Assembly: GCA_963666365.2 (NCBI GenBank)
Contig: CAXXNF010000002.1
Location: 1,856,001 to 1,920,000, forward strand
DNA: 64,000 bases
Source of the DNA: Syntrophales bacterium
GTDB taxonomy: Bacteria; Desulfobacterota; Syntrophia; Syntrophales; UBA2210
Reading direction: 5' to 3'
Shown here in pieces: positions 18,471-29,318 of this stretch. A program made the translations under genes and the position numbers. The first letter of the stretch is position 1. Each line of letters begins with the position of its first letter. The notes beneath the pieces were generated by a model, which had not been told where the DNA came from, ran no database searches, and was given only the letters and a program-made list of their open reading frames with translations.

Positions 18471-20402
18471 TTATTCTATCTGCACGATTTCGCCATCCAT
18501 AACGGTCAGGATATACAGTTGTTTCTCTGCGTCCCCCGTTTCCGAAAAGGTGGTTGCCCCTGTAGTTCCCTGATAGTCTTTCACCTCGCCAAGCCGGTCC
18601 CGCATCTCGGATCGACTGTCTACACCCTCGCTGATGACAATGTTCATGATGAGTTTCGCCGTGTCATAGGAAAGGCCCTCTATGCCGTCGGGAACTCTTC
18701 CATAGGCGGCATAAAAGCGGTCAATGAACTCGACCACCTCCGGATAGTAACTGTGATGAAAAAACACATCGACAAAGATTGCACCCTCCAGGTATTCACT
18801 GTCCCCCTCAACAAGCGCCGGCGTATTCCAGCTGCTCATCCCCAACAACTGTATTCCCGTCACATCGTAGAAGGCAAGTTGCGGGGCGATCAGCCGTGCC
18901 CTGGCCGCGGAGTCCGCAATGAAGAGAGCATCGAAATCGACAATCGGAAGCGGCTTACTTCCCCCTGTGGAATCCTTCCGGGAAGAATCAAGTCCCACAA
19001 GACCCTTGATTTCATCGCCGAAGTCGGTCTGTTCCCTTTCGTACGACTGGACAGCCCTGATTTCGCCGCCTTCCTCAACGACAGCATCCCTGAAGAGATT
19101 CATGATCTCGATCCCGTGCGAATCGTGCGGATACAGAACGGCAAACCGGCGATTGCCCAAATTGTTCACCGCATAGGACACAAGGGCGCGCATCTCTATA
19201 GGACTGGTCAGAAAGTTTCTGAAGATATAATCGCCCGCTTCCGTAATTCCCTCGCATTGCGTGAGCGTTACGAGCGGAACCTCCAATTCCTGCGCCTTTT
19301 CCGCCGCCGCCTTCGCTGCATTGCTTCCCAGAGGACCTATAATGGCAATCACCCGGCCCTCGCGGGCAAGCGCTTCCACCGCACGGGTCGTCTCTTCCGG
19401 ATCACCCTTCGAATCCCTTACGAACAGCCTGATTTCACTACTTTTTTCCGGATCAAATACCCCGGAGGCCAGCAGTATTGCCTCAAGCACCTTTGTGCCA
19501 TAGGGCGCATAACGACCGGTAAGGGGCATCAGGCATCCCAGGGAATACCGGTCGACCTGCCGTTCCTTTTCCTCGGTCACCACACGCCGATACAGCGAGA
19601 GGGCCTCTTCGAAACGGGGGCTCTCCGGGTATCTTTCAATAAATTCCCACAGGACCTCTTTGGCTTGACGGTACTTTCCGCTCTCAGCATAACGCGCGCC
19701 CAGCCCCAAAACAATCAATCCTGAAGGATAGGAGGCGCCGTACCGCCCCTTGGCCAGTTCAAGCTCTTCCAGTGTAAGATCCACTTCAATCATCTTTTCT
19801 ATCGTCCCTCGTGTATGCGCTGCAAGGGATGCGGATGGATTTTTCCCAAGGACCGCCACATAGGATGCAAGCGCCTCGGGTCGGTTACCTGCCCTGTAGT
19901 AATTATCGGCAATCATGGAAACAATATCGGCACTTCGCGGTGCAAAATATTTCTCGTTCCTAAGGGGCAGCAGCAAATCGTTGGACTGACCGGGAAGACC
20001 GAGTTTTGCAAAGGCAATGCCCTGCTGGAAGCGGGATTCCAGGTAAAGAGGATCATGTGCATCTGAACTGACAATGCGACTGAGTGCGTTTACCGCCTCA
20101 CGGTATCGCTTCGTCACGACAAGTATCTGCCCTTTTCTCATGAGCGCCCAGGAAAGGACGGTACCCTCGGGCGCGTGCTCGACCACCACATCAAATAAGC
20201 GCAACGATTCATTCAGACGTCCCTCCGCATAGGCATCCTCGGCGTTCTGAAACAACGGCCGAATTTTCTCGGGAATCTCCTCAAGTGGAAGCAGCAACTC
20301 CCCAAATCGGGGACCCTTCACAGGAACCGTCGTGGCACAGGCGGAAAAACAGATCACCGCAATTATCATCGCGATCAATGCTTTTTTTACCCGAAAGGTC
20401 AT
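18471..20402 (-). CDS. LppC/LpoA-like penicillin-binding protein activator lipoprotein (TPR plus periplasmic-binding fold)
   Basis: Lipobox FSAC, TPR-like N-terminal half, then LGCLMPLTG, IIGPLGS and YQGTTGATTF. Start ATG 20402. Confidence 0.75.
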   Translation of the reverse strand: MTFRVKKALIAMIIAVICFSACATTVPVKGPRFGELLLPLEEIPEKIRPLFQNAEDAYAEGRLNESLRLFDVVVEHAPEGTVLSWALMRKGQILVVTKRYREAVNALSRIVSSDAHDPLYLESRFQQGIAFAKLGLPGQSNDLLLPLRNEKYFAPRSADIVSMIADNYYRAGNRPEALASYVAVLGKNPSASLAAHTRGTIEKMIEVDLTLEELELAKGRYGASYPSGLIVLGLGARYAESGKYRQAKEVLWEFIERYPESPRFEEALSLYRRVVTEEKERQVDRYSLGCLMPLTGRYAPYGTKVLEAILLASGVFDPEKSSEIRLFVRDSKGDPEETTRAVEALAREGRVIAIIGPLGSNAAKAAAEKAQELEVPLVTLTQCEGITEAGDYIFRNFLTSPIEMRALVSYAVNNLGNRRFAVLYPHDSHGIEIMNLFRDAVVEEGGEIRAVQSYEREQTDFGDEIKGLVGLDSSRKDSTGGSKPLPIVDFDALFIADSAARARLIAPQLAFYDVTGIQLLGMSSWNTPALVEGDSEYLEGAIFVDVFFHHSYYPEVVEFIDRFYAAYGRVPDGIEGLSYDTAKLIMNIVISEGVDSRSEMRDRLGEVKDYQGTTGATTFSETGDAEKQLYILTVMDGEIVQIE

Positions 20403-20415
20403 AGTGTCCTGCTCC

Positions 20416-20994
20416 TCACCGGCAGAATGAATTGAGATAGGCAGCGGCACTCTTTGCTATTTCCGGTGATTCCACAAGGAGTGACATTTCATGATTATAT
20501 TTCAGGGCGGAATTCGTCATGTTGTGACTGCCCACAAAGGTCCACAGTTCATCGATGACCACCATTTTTACATGGGTGGTGACCGATGGCGAATCAAAAC
20601 GCACGTCGATTCCCTGTGTTCTGAAACGCGCTGCCGTCGCACGGTTGATCCTGTTGATTGACGAATCATCGTCGTCGGTCCGCTCCAGTATCACCCTGAC
20701 GTGCACACCACGCTTCGCCGCCTTCACAAGTCCCTCGAGCAGACGGTCGGGATAATTGCCCCGGTAGCCGTTCGTTTTGAAGAGATAAAAGGCCATTATA
20801 ATCTCTTTTTCAGCATGGCCGACGGCCTTCGCCAACTCTTCAAAATAGGCGCCGTCCGCGAGCATCCGCACCCGGCATGTTTCATCACTGTACTTGAAAT
20901 CGGAGGCAGCAGAGAGATGCTTAAAGGAGCACAGGCACACTACCGTGCACAGAAACGCCATAAAACCGATTGTAAGGGAATGATGATTCTTCAA
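20416..20994 (-). CDS. Single-HKD phospholipase D/Nuc-family protein, probably exported
   Basis: HVKMVVID...GSHN (HxKxxxxD motif) and a hydrophobic N-terminus. The start is uncertain (TTG 20994 or ATG 20961). Confidence 0.8.
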   Translation of the reverse strand: MKNHHSLTIGFMAFLCTVVCLCSFKHLSAASDFKYSDETCRVRMLADGAYFEELAKAVGHAEKEIIMAFYLFKTNGYRGNYPDRLLEGLVKAAKRGVHVRVILERTDDDDSSINRINRATAARFRTQGIDVRFDSPSVTTHVKMVVIDELWTFVGSHNMTNSALKYNHEMSLLVESPEIAKSAAAYLNSFCR

Positions 20995-21085
20995 CGCTCT
21001 ATCCTGCAGCTCCGGTAGCGGGGAAACGGAGCTTTCACGCAATTCGGGGAAAAATGATACACAAGCAGGGCGGGAAAGTCGACAT

Positions 21086-21127
21086 AAAAAATGCCCGGGG
21101 AGCTTTGCATCCACATCCCCGGGCATT
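21086..21127 (-). terminator. dnaK terminator
   Basis: ATGCCCGGGGA...TCCCCGGGCAT stem followed by a T-tract on the minus strand. Confidence 0.75.
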
Positions 21128-21158
21128 CGGATCAAAAATTCAACCGCTTTCCGATTGT

Positions 21159-23081
21159 TTACTTCACCTCTTCGAAATCGGCGTCCACCACATCATCATC
21201 GGCCTTCGTCGATCCTGCCTGTCCCGTTCCCTGACCGGCCGACGTCTCCGCACCGGCGGCGCCCTGGGCCTGAGCGGATGCCTTGGCATACATAGCCTCG
21301 GCCAGCTTGTGGGACGCCTTGGTCAACTCTTCCTGAGCGGAATTGATGGCCTCAAGATCGTCGCCTTCCATGGCCTTTTTCAATTGGGCCACCTTGTCCT
21401 CAATTGAGGTCTTTTCGGCGCCGTCGATCTGGTCGCCCATCTCTTTCAGATTCTTTTCTACGCTGTAGATCAGGGTATCCGCCTGATTCCGCGCCTCTAT
21501 AAGATCCCGTTTTTTCTTGTCCTCCTCGGAATGGGCTTCGGCTTCTTTCACCAGTTTTTCGATTTCCTGTTCAGAGAGACCGCTTGACGAGGTAATTCTA
21601 ATACTCTGTTCCTTCCCCGTACCGAGGTCCTTGGCCGATACGTGCACAATACCATTGGCATCAATGTCAAAGGATACTTCCACCTGAGGAACGCCACGGG
21701 GCGCCGGCGGAATTCCCGTCAGCTCAAATCTTCCAAGAGTCCTGTTGTCCGTCGCCATGGGACGTTCTCCCTGAAGCACGTGTATGCTTACGGCGGGCTG
21801 ATTATCGGCTGCGGTTGAAAACACCTGGCTCTTCTTTGTGGGAATGGTAGTGTTTTTTTCTATCAGCTTTGTCATCACACCGCCCAGCGTCTCGATTCCG
21901 AGGGACAGCGGGGTCACGTCGAGCAGCAGTACATCCTTGACGTCGCCCGCCAGCACACCTGCCTGAATCGCGGCGCCCACGGCGACCACTTCGTCCGGAT
22001 TGACGCCTCTGTGGGGATCTTTGCCGAATATTTCTTTTACTTTCTGCTGGACGCGAGGCATACGGGTCATGCCGCCCACCAGGATCACCTCATTGACCTC
22101 CTTGGGGGTGAGACCGGCATCCTTGAGCGCCAGTTTGCAGGGACCCTCGACCCGGTCGATCAGATCGGAAACGAGCATCTCCAGCTTCGCCCTGCTCAGT
22201 TTCATATTCAGGTGTTTCGGACCTGTGGCATCGGCGGTGATAAAGGGAAGATTGATGTCCGTTTCCATGGAGCTGGACAGTTCCATCTTGGCTTTCTCTG
22301 CGGCCTCTTTTATGCGCTGAAGGGCCATTTTATCGCTTCTCAGATCAATCCCCTGATCCTTTTTAAATTCATCGGCTACATAGTCTATCAATCGCTGGTC
22401 GAAATCTTCTCCGCCGAGATGGGTATCGCCATTGGTGGATTTGACTTCGAACACGCCGTCGCCGAGTTCCAGAATGGAAATGTCAAAAGTGCCGCCGCCC
22501 AGGTCGAATACGGCGATCTTTTCGTCCTTTTTCTTGTCGAGCCCGTAGGCAAGCGACGCCGCGGTCGGCTCGTTGATGATTCTCAACACATTGAGCCCGG
22601 CTATTCTGCCGGCATCCTTTGTGGCCTGTCGCTGTGAATCGTTGAAATAGGCCGGTACGGTAATCACCGCATCGGTGACCTTATCACCCAGATAATCCTC
22701 GGCGGTCTGCTTCATTTTCGCCAGTACCATCGAAGATATTTCGGCGGGGCTGTAGTTCTTGCCTTTCACGCTTATCTGGGCGTCGCCGTTCGATGCCTCG
22801 GTAATTTTGAAGGGGCTGATCGTAATGTCGTACTGCACTTCTTTCGATGAGAAGCGCCTTCCAATCAGCCTCTTTATTGCATATACGGTATTCTCAGGAT
22901 TCGTTATCGCCTGTCTTCTGGCAGTCTGACCAACCAAACGCTCGCCGCTGTCGGTAAAGGCAACGACCGATGGAGTGGTTCTGTTTCCTTCCTGATTCGC
23001 GATTACTACAGGATCGCCGCCCTCCATAATGGCAACGCAGGAATTGGTAGTTCCCAAATCAATCCCTATGATCTTCCCCAT
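21159..23081 (-). CDS. dnaK: Chaperone DnaK
   Basis: Motifs [35 protein letters not shown] and DADFEEVK. Confidence 0.99.
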   Translation of the reverse strand: MGKIIGIDLGTTNSCVAIMEGGDPVVIANQEGNRTTPSVVAFTDSGERLVGQTARRQAITNPENTVYAIKRLIGRRFSSKEVQYDITISPFKITEASNGDAQISVKGKNYSPAEISSMVLAKMKQTAEDYLGDKVTDAVITVPAYFNDSQRQATKDAGRIAGLNVLRIINEPTAASLAYGLDKKKDEKIAVFDLGGGTFDISILELGDGVFEVKSTNGDTHLGGEDFDQRLIDYVADEFKKDQGIDLRSDKMALQRIKEAAEKAKMELSSSMETDINLPFITADATGPKHLNMKLSRAKLEMLVSDLIDRVEGPCKLALKDAGLTPKEVNEVILVGGMTRMPRVQQKVKEIFGKDPHRGVNPDEVVAVGAAIQAGVLAGDVKDVLLLDVTPLSLGIETLGGVMTKLIEKNTTIPTKKSQVFSTAADNQPAVSIHVLQGERPMATDNRTLGRFELTGIPPAPRGVPQVEVSFDIDANGIVHVSAKDLGTGKEQSIRITSSSGLSEQEIEKLVKEAEAHSEEDKKKRDLIEARNQADTLIYSVEKNLKEMGDQIDGAEKTSIEDKVAQLKKAMEGDDLEAINSAQEELTKASHKLAEAMYAKASAQAQGAAGAETSAGQGTGQAGSTKADDDVVDADFEEVK

Positions 23082-23124
23082 TTTTTTTATCCTCCTTGCT
23101 ATATACTATTAGTTCGCTCTGTCG

Positions 23125-23691
23125 CTAATGAATACGTTTTGCAACGGATACTTTGGCCGGACGCAGGAGCCTTCCGTTCAGCATGTAGCCCTTTTCAAAT
23201 TCTTCCACTACTTCATTTGTCTGGTGGTCCTTACTCTCCACCTGAATCATGGCTTCATGAAAGTTCGGGTCGAAATCGCTGCCCACCGATTCAATTGCTT
23301 CCACGCCGTTCTTTCCCAACATACCCGTAAATTGATCGAGTATAAGTTTTAATCCTTCAACAAACACGTCAAAATCAACGGACTTCTCTGCATGGCCTAA
23401 TGCCCGTTCCAGGGCATCAACCAGCGGGAGCACCTCTTTCAGCAATTTTTCGTTTCCATAATTTAAAAGATCGGCCCGTTCCTTCTGAACCCGTTTTTTG
23501 TAGTTATCGAACTCTGCGGCAAGCCGCAAATACTTGTCGTAATTTTCTCTCGCCTCGTTCTTTGCAGCATCGAGCTCGGAAACTGCATCTTTTTCGTCCT
23601 TCATCGTTTCCTGTTCGTTCACTTCCAGTGGGGTTTCATCCTGCTCAAAGAGGGCATCGGCCTTCCTGTCTTTCTGTGGTTTCCCTTTCAT
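23125..23691 (-). CDS. grpE: Nucleotide exchange factor GrpE
   Basis: Motifs RLAAEFDNYKKR, FDPNFHEA and GYMLNGRLLRPAKV. Confidence 0.97.
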   Translation of the reverse strand: MKGKPQKDRKADALFEQDETPLEVNEQETMKDEKDAVSELDAAKNEARENYDKYLRLAAEFDNYKKRVQKERADLLNYGNEKLLKEVLPLVDALERALGHAEKSVDFDVFVEGLKLILDQFTGMLGKNGVEAIESVGSDFDPNFHEAMIQVESKDHQTNEVVEEFEKGYMLNGRLLRPAKVSVAKRIH

Positions 23692-23723
23692 GTGATATTA
23701 CGCAACCTTTCCCATTCGCATCA

Positions 23724-24314
23724 TTATTCATCGGGCCGTTTAAAAAGCCTGTAATCAACCATCTCACAGATCACATGAGCCGCCGTTATTTGTGTTTCCT
23801 GAATTCTCGGTACACTGTTCGCAGGAACATTGAGGCAATAGTCAACCATTTTCGCGATTATCCCCCCATCTTTGCCGGTAAAAGCGATTGTCGTCATATC
23901 AAGCCGTTTGGCAACCTCAAATGCCTTTACCACATTCTCAGAGTTCCCGCTGGTACTGATACCCCACGCCACATCCCCTGCATGACCAAGAGCTCTGATC
24001 TGCTTGGAAAATACCTCCGAAAAATCATAGTCATTGGCAATACTTGTCAATACGGAGGTATCGGTTGAGAGGGCGATTGCCGGAAGAGGCGGCCGCTCTA
24101 TAAGAAACCGGTTCACAAATTCCGCTGCAATATGCTGTGCATCAGCGGCACTTCCGCCGTTTCCGAAAAGAACAATTTTACTGCCCCGTTTCAACGCATC
24201 GGTAATCACATTGATCACTTTCACCATGCGTGAAAGATTTTCATTCACAAAGACTTCCTTGTGATGAATGCTTTCCCTGAAATTGCGTATAATTATATCT
24301 TCTATCTCTTCCAT
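23724..24314 (-). CDS. gmhA: Phosphoheptose isomerase
   Basis: Motifs GNGGSAADAQHIAAE, ISTSGNS and RIQE. Confidence 0.95.
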   Translation of the reverse strand: MEEIEDIIIRNFRESIHHKEVFVNENLSRMVKVINVITDALKRGSKIVLFGNGGSAADAQHIAAEFVNRFLIERPPLPAIALSTDTSVLTSIANDYDFSEVFSKQIRALGHAGDVAWGISTSGNSENVVKAFEVAKRLDMTTIAFTGKDGGIIAKMVDYCLNVPANSVPRIQETQITAAHVICEMVDYRLFKRPDE

Positions 24315-24386
24315 GGCACCTTACGGCTCCGACTTTCTCCAGTAATATATTTATGAATTTCCGTATGTCAAGGAAGAGGGCGGGGA

Positions 24387-26450
24387 TTACACCTTCCCGA
24401 CTCTGCGATCTTTGAGTTCGGCGATTTTCCCCTTGTTCAGATTGGAGACTTTGGAGTAGTATCCAGCGATTCTGCTTATTCCCTCGACCTCTTGGGATCT
24501 ACAGAAAGGACAGCGGCCTGCAAGTCCTCGAAAGGTCTTTCCACAGGCAAGACAGGTAGTAAATTCGGGAGAAAAGGCAATTTGCTGATTGTCTGTTTCC
24601 TTAAACACGGTTTCAATAAAAGCGGCCAGATGCTCTTTGTCAGGACGAGAACCGCCCAGACAGACGTAGGATATCGCCTCCCCCTCGATAAGGGGGTGCA
24701 GAACCCCTTCCGCATGCACCCTCTGCATTGTTTCCACGGACGATGCAATATCGAAAAGCACCGAGTTGGTATAATAGACTTCGCCTCGCACGATGTTCCC
24801 CTTTACGGCGTGACCCGCGGCGGGCGAATGATATTTCAGATCGAGACGGGCAAATCGGTAGGGCGTACTTTCCGCCGGAGACTGCTCAAGGATGAATTTC
24901 ATTGCGTATTCATTCGAAAGCATGTCGGCCGCCGTCTTCATTTTTTTCACCACATGAAGTCCAAATGCCCGAGCCTCCTTTGATTCGTGAAGCTGCTGTC
25001 CCCTGTGTATCTTTACCAGTTCATTGAGCCCCACGATCCCGATAAGGTAGGACGCCTGCGACAGTCTCAAGTAGGGGGTCCCGTCGCAGTCCGCCGTAAG
25101 GAGCGACAGGGGTCCTTCATTGCCATGGGACAGCAGTTTTTCGATGAAATATTTTTTCTGCTGGTGTGCCTCCGCCACCAGTTTCATCCGCTCCCCCAGC
25201 AGTGCAAAAAAGCGCCCGTCGTCCCCTTCCGCCTCATACCCCAGCCGAGGAAGGTTGATGGATACATTTTGAATTGCACTGTAGCGCATTCTCCACGGTT
25301 CCCTGCACCAACGGTCGTCCCGACCTCCGCCGCAATCCACGGCAATACGCCCGCATTCCGAAAGACTGACCCCCCCTTTCCGATCCAGAACAAAATAAGG
25401 GTTTCCCTTTTCCGCAGCCGCATCACAGACATGATTGAGCAATTCCTTATAGTCGGGCAGTTCGAAAAATTGCTCCGTCAGGTGCATGATAGGCCTGGGA
25501 AACACAAAGGGACGGCCCGATGCATCCCCCCTTTTATACACCTCGAAGAGCGCCCGTACAAAGCGGCGGGCATCGTCGCCATAGGCCATATAGGGTTCGC
25601 CCGTATAACGGCCTCCGGGGCCTATGGCGGGAATATGCTTGAGATATTCCGGGACTTCCCAATGGAGATGAATGTCGGTGAACAGTGTCTGCCCGCCTCT
25701 TCCCACTGCCTGTTGAGCGAATTCGTAGATGAGCATTTGGGCCAGTTGTTTCACCTCGGAATCATTCAGCCCTCTCAGATAGGGAGCGAAAAGAGTATTC
25801 ACATCAAGCCAGCCGATAGCGCCCGAATAGTTTCCCTGAAGGGCTGCGGCAAAACGAATCATGTGCGCCAGGAGCACCTCGGCATGTTTCGCCGGCGCCG
25901 CAACCGCCAGTGAATGTGGCACGTTCAGCCCGAATTTTTTTATATATTCAAGCGACTGACAGGAGCAGTATGCCCTGTCGATATATCCGAGGTGATGAAG
26001 ATGTATGTCCCCGATCAGATGCGCATATCCCACCTCATCGGAAAACACGTTCAGCAGGGCATATTCCCTTTTGATCCCCTCGGCAAGGATCAGGTTGGTC
26101 CCTTCGGGGCTGTGGGGTACGTTGGCATTCTCGTTGTTTTTGTAGAGTATCAGATGGTCCACATCGAAAAGGGGGAACCCCAGACGACCGTGCATCTTGG
26201 TGGCCCTGTCGAGCCCCCGTTCGATCAGCTTTGCATTCACCAGTTCCCTGATAAGCGGCGTGGTGAGCAAACCGATCGATGACGAGGCAATCTGCCTTTC
26301 CACCTCCCTACTGATTTCCTCGGCCGTTCCCATATCGACATTCGTTTCCCGAATGAGCGCATCGATGATTTTCTGTCTGTTCCATGTCGTGATATCATCC
26401 CCCGATGTCTTTACAAAGAGGGTAATATCGGTTGTTTCCCGGCTTTTCAT
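24387..26450 (-). CDS. nrdD: Class III (anaerobic) ribonucleoside-triphosphate reductase with ATP-cone
   Basis: N-terminal ATP-cone, HLIGDIHLH, EQSPAES, YYTNS, CxxC...CxxC and the RIAGY glycyl-radical motif. Confidence 0.9.
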   Translation of the reverse strand: MKSRETTDITLFVKTSGDDITTWNRQKIIDALIRETNVDMGTAEEISREVERQIASSSIGLLTTPLIRELVNAKLIERGLDRATKMHGRLGFPLFDVDHLILYKNNENANVPHSPEGTNLILAEGIKREYALLNVFSDEVGYAHLIGDIHLHHLGYIDRAYCSCQSLEYIKKFGLNVPHSLAVAAPAKHAEVLLAHMIRFAAALQGNYSGAIGWLDVNTLFAPYLRGLNDSEVKQLAQMLIYEFAQQAVGRGGQTLFTDIHLHWEVPEYLKHIPAIGPGGRYTGEPYMAYGDDARRFVRALFEVYKRGDASGRPFVFPRPIMHLTEQFFELPDYKELLNHVCDAAAEKGNPYFVLDRKGGVSLSECGRIAVDCGGGRDDRWCREPWRMRYSAIQNVSINLPRLGYEAEGDDGRFFALLGERMKLVAEAHQQKKYFIEKLLSHGNEGPLSLLTADCDGTPYLRLSQASYLIGIVGLNELVKIHRGQQLHESKEARAFGLHVVKKMKTAADMLSNEYAMKFILEQSPAESTPYRFARLDLKYHSPAAGHAVKGNIVRGEVYYTNSVLFDIASSVETMQRVHAEGVLHPLIEGEAISYVCLGGSRPDKEHLAAFIETVFKETDNQQIAFSPEFTTCLACGKTFRGLAGRCPFCRSQEVEGISRIAGYYSKVSNLNKGKIAELKDRRVGKV

Positions 26451-26485
26451 AGCAACCGCCTTGCCAGTTTGATTTTACTGCTTGT

Positions 26486-27901
26486 TTATATGTTTGTGGG
26501 CATACTCTCCGAGGATGATGCCAGCATGCGTTCAGCGGCCCGAACCAGCGCTTCGTCATGCCGGTGATCCAGTGAGAAAATCCTGAAGTGCACTACCCGC
26601 GAGGGTATAAAACGGTATATGTCTCTTAGTGGTTCCCAGGAGGTGTGGTCCGTTGAGGGATTATAAATATTGATGCGTTTGTCCCCTTCCACCATGGGGT
26701 TGATCGGTCTCGGATCCTGAGTTGCCAGATCCACCCTGAATCTGATTTTTCTGAAAGAAGCGGGTAAATGCTCCCTGATCCGCCTTTCGTAATCGCGGGC
26801 CGTCGCAAATTCGGCGCCCTTCTGCAGCTGATCGACAGACAAATCCACAAAAAATGACATTTTCCACTTCACCTGTCGGGTGTAGAGTTTCTGCCACTCT
26901 CTCCCCAGCTTCCTCTTCTTCGCATCAGCGCCGGCAAGCCACGTCTTCACTTCACAAAAAAGACGCCATTCATCGCAGTTAAGATAGTCGTCTATCGCAT
27001 CAAGTGGATTGCATGGAAATAATATATTCATGGTGTCCCTGAATATTTCCTGCAGATGAAGATCAAGGGCGCGTGTCGTGCGGTGATAATATATATTTGA
27101 ATAGAGATTAATACGGGCATGGAGGAACCGGCTGAGCGCCGATGTGCCCGCTTGATGCAGCGTCACCCCTTCGCCGGTGAAAAATGAATAAAAGCAGAGC
27201 CGCTGAATATCGACAATGTCCATGGAAAATCCCGACATATACGCATCTCGCTGGACATAATCCATATTGTCTACCGTATAGACGCCGGAAAAAAGCTGCC
27301 GCAGCAATGAGAGCCAACGAGGTATCGTTGCCTCTTTTCCTGAGGGCTTTCTGATGAGGGAAGCAACCTGATGGGGATCGATGCGTTCCCCCTTTTCAAA
27401 ACTTCCGGAAGGACTTCTTCGTAGTTTTTTTATTGTGTCGGCCAATTTTTCAACAATAATTTTCTGACCCACTATTTCATGGGTAAGCTCGAACTGGCTC
27501 AAAAAATGCTCGTCGAAAAAGTGGCCGTAGGGCCCGTGCCCCACGTCATGGAGCAGACCGGCCACCCTGAGCAGTTCCTCTATGTAATTGATCGAGGGCG
27601 CTTCGGGGCACACCTCTTTGAGTCCCGGATAGAGATGCCGTCCGAACTCTCCCGCCATGTGCATAGTTCCCAGGGCGTGCTGAAATCGTGTATGCTCCGC
27701 TGCCGGGAACACCCATCGGGCGCTCTGGAGCTGGTAAATTCGTCTCAGCCGCTGCATCCACGGAGAATCGATAAGATCCTGCTCAGTTTTCTCCGCCGCC
27801 GGGGCCTCGGAAGGAACGGTGAACCAGATGTAGTGATAGATAGGATCGGCAATCAGGGCCTTCCCCTGGTAGGTTTTTGCAATATCGGTTTTATTGCGCA
27901 T
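26486..27901 (-). CDS. HD-domain phosphohydrolase (dNTPase/SAMHD1-like family)
   Basis: Motifs MQRLRRIYQL, HTRFQHALG, LLHDVGHGPYGH and DNMDYVQRD. Confidence 0.88.
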   Translation of the reverse strand: MRNKTDIAKTYQGKALIADPIYHYIWFTVPSEAPAAEKTEQDLIDSPWMQRLRRIYQLQSARWVFPAAEHTRFQHALGTMHMAGEFGRHLYPGLKEVCPEAPSINYIEELLRVAGLLHDVGHGPYGHFFDEHFLSQFELTHEIVGQKIIVEKLADTIKKLRRSPSGSFEKGERIDPHQVASLIRKPSGKEATIPRWLSLLRQLFSGVYTVDNMDYVQRDAYMSGFSMDIVDIQRLCFYSFFTGEGVTLHQAGTSALSRFLHARINLYSNIYYHRTTRALDLHLQEIFRDTMNILFPCNPLDAIDDYLNCDEWRLFCEVKTWLAGADAKKRKLGREWQKLYTRQVKWKMSFFVDLSVDQLQKGAEFATARDYERRIREHLPASFRKIRFRVDLATQDPRPINPMVEGDKRINIYNPSTDHTSWEPLRDIYRFIPSRVVHFRIFSLDHRHDEALVRAAERMLASSSESMPTNI

Positions 27902-27973
27902 AATGACCCCGTGAATACAAAATAACTCCCTAAATATCAATCTATATTATCGGGGAGCCGTCTCTTGCAGCAG

Positions 27974-29209
27974 TCAGCAGGTTTCGTTCGGCAAGGGAAT
28001 CTTTTCTCCCATATAAAGCCCGAGCAGATAGGGTTTTTGGGACAGAAAGGCCCATGCCTGCCGGTGAACTTCCTCTTCGGCAAAGACCGGACTGTATCTG
28101 CGTGTGAGGTAATCAAAGGTAAGACTTCTGGCAAAATAAAGGGGTTTCAATACGTTGATGATGTCTCTCTTTGTCTGCTCTTCAGCGCCGTCAAAGAGGA
28201 AAAGCATCGAATAGACGATTTGGGACCAGAGCATGATATCCATCTCATAATAATCCATGACAAACATGTCGTTGACCTTCTGATAGGCATAGGGGCTCAA
28301 ATACCATTCCACCAGTTCGTGATAGGTTTCATACTCCCGGCGGCAGTCCCCTTTCAGCTTCAAAATATCAATCTGCAGGGTCTGCCCCTCCCCCAATGTT
28401 TGAAGCCCGTACCGTTCAATTTCGCGAATATGCGTATGCCAATAGGTTTTCCCCCCTTTTCTCATCCAGGTCCCCAGCCACTTCTGTTTGTATTCGAGCA
28501 AAGTGGAATACAGCGTATAAACGACCTCCTCAAACATTCTGCCCAGCTTTGGTGAGCTCGCATTGTGGATCTTTGCCCCCAGTCCCGCTTCCATTATGCG
28601 GAAGTTGCCGAAAAATGCGTGAAGCGACATAAAGATATCTATTCCGTACTGAAGGGTCATTTCGTTCCACTTCTTTGCAAGCCAGTGTGCGCAAAGCCTG
28701 TCGGAAAAAGCGAAATCGCCGCCGATGGGCTGGCGTATATTGAGCCCCGCCAGAGGAAATACGAGGGGATAACAGAGATGATTTGTGATCGTTCCATCAA
28801 AGTGATGGCGCGCATAGGCAGGCGTCACAAAATCAGCCCCTTTTTTCAAAGGATGCCCGAGGAATTTGATCCAGCGCGGGGTAATCGATCGAAGATCGGC
28901 ATCAACCACAATATTTATCCTGGAATTTACCTCCTGCACAAATTTGAAGAGATTGAGAAAATTGTTCCCCTTTCCCCGTACTCCATCGGGAGTGGCTATA
29001 TATTTTTTTTCAATCCCCCGAGGCACTTCCGCCGCAAGAAATGCCTGCTCCGTGCCGTCAGGACTTTTGTTGTCACAATTAACGATTATACAGCGGGCAT
29101 CGGGAAAGTATTTTTCCAAACCCCTCCCTGCCATCTGCGTTACATAACCTATTGTTTTTACCTCATTATAAGATGGAATACCAACAACCACATCGTATTG
29201 GTTCTTCAT
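27974..29209 (-). CDS. Glycosyltransferase, glucosylglycerate synthase-like
   Basis: Motifs VGIPSYNE, SPDGT, GKG, VDADLRSITP, DGTITNH and RQPIGGDFAFS. Confidence 0.7.
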   Translation of the reverse strand: MKNQYDVVVGIPSYNEVKTIGYVTQMAGRGLEKYFPDARCIIVNCDNKSPDGTEQAFLAAEVPRGIEKKYIATPDGVRGKGNNFLNLFKFVQEVNSRINIVVDADLRSITPRWIKFLGHPLKKGADFVTPAYARHHFDGTITNHLCYPLVFPLAGLNIRQPIGGDFAFSDRLCAHWLAKKWNEMTLQYGIDIFMSLHAFFGNFRIMEAGLGAKIHNASSPKLGRMFEEVVYTLYSTLLEYKQKWLGTWMRKGGKTYWHTHIREIERYGLQTLGEGQTLQIDILKLKGDCRREYETYHELVEWYLSPYAYQKVNDMFVMDYYEMDIMLWSQIVYSMLFLFDGAEEQTKRDIINVLKPLYFARSLTFDYLTRRYSPVFAEEEVHRQAWAFLSQKPYLLGLYMGEKIPLPNETC

Positions 29210-29318
29210 TGACACACCCCCGCTCTACCTTGCATCGCACCATGCGTCGATCCTGGGAACTTTTCATATGCTGTATTGTTGCAGAAAGGCTTTGGTGATC
29301 TGGGACTGACAGTATATA

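Noticed and set aside
18465..19724. 419-aa plus-strand ORF and similar long antisense ORFs (for example 24987-25913 and 12685-13470)
   Set aside because: They lie fully opposite well-supported genes and show no motifs, as expected for shadow frames.
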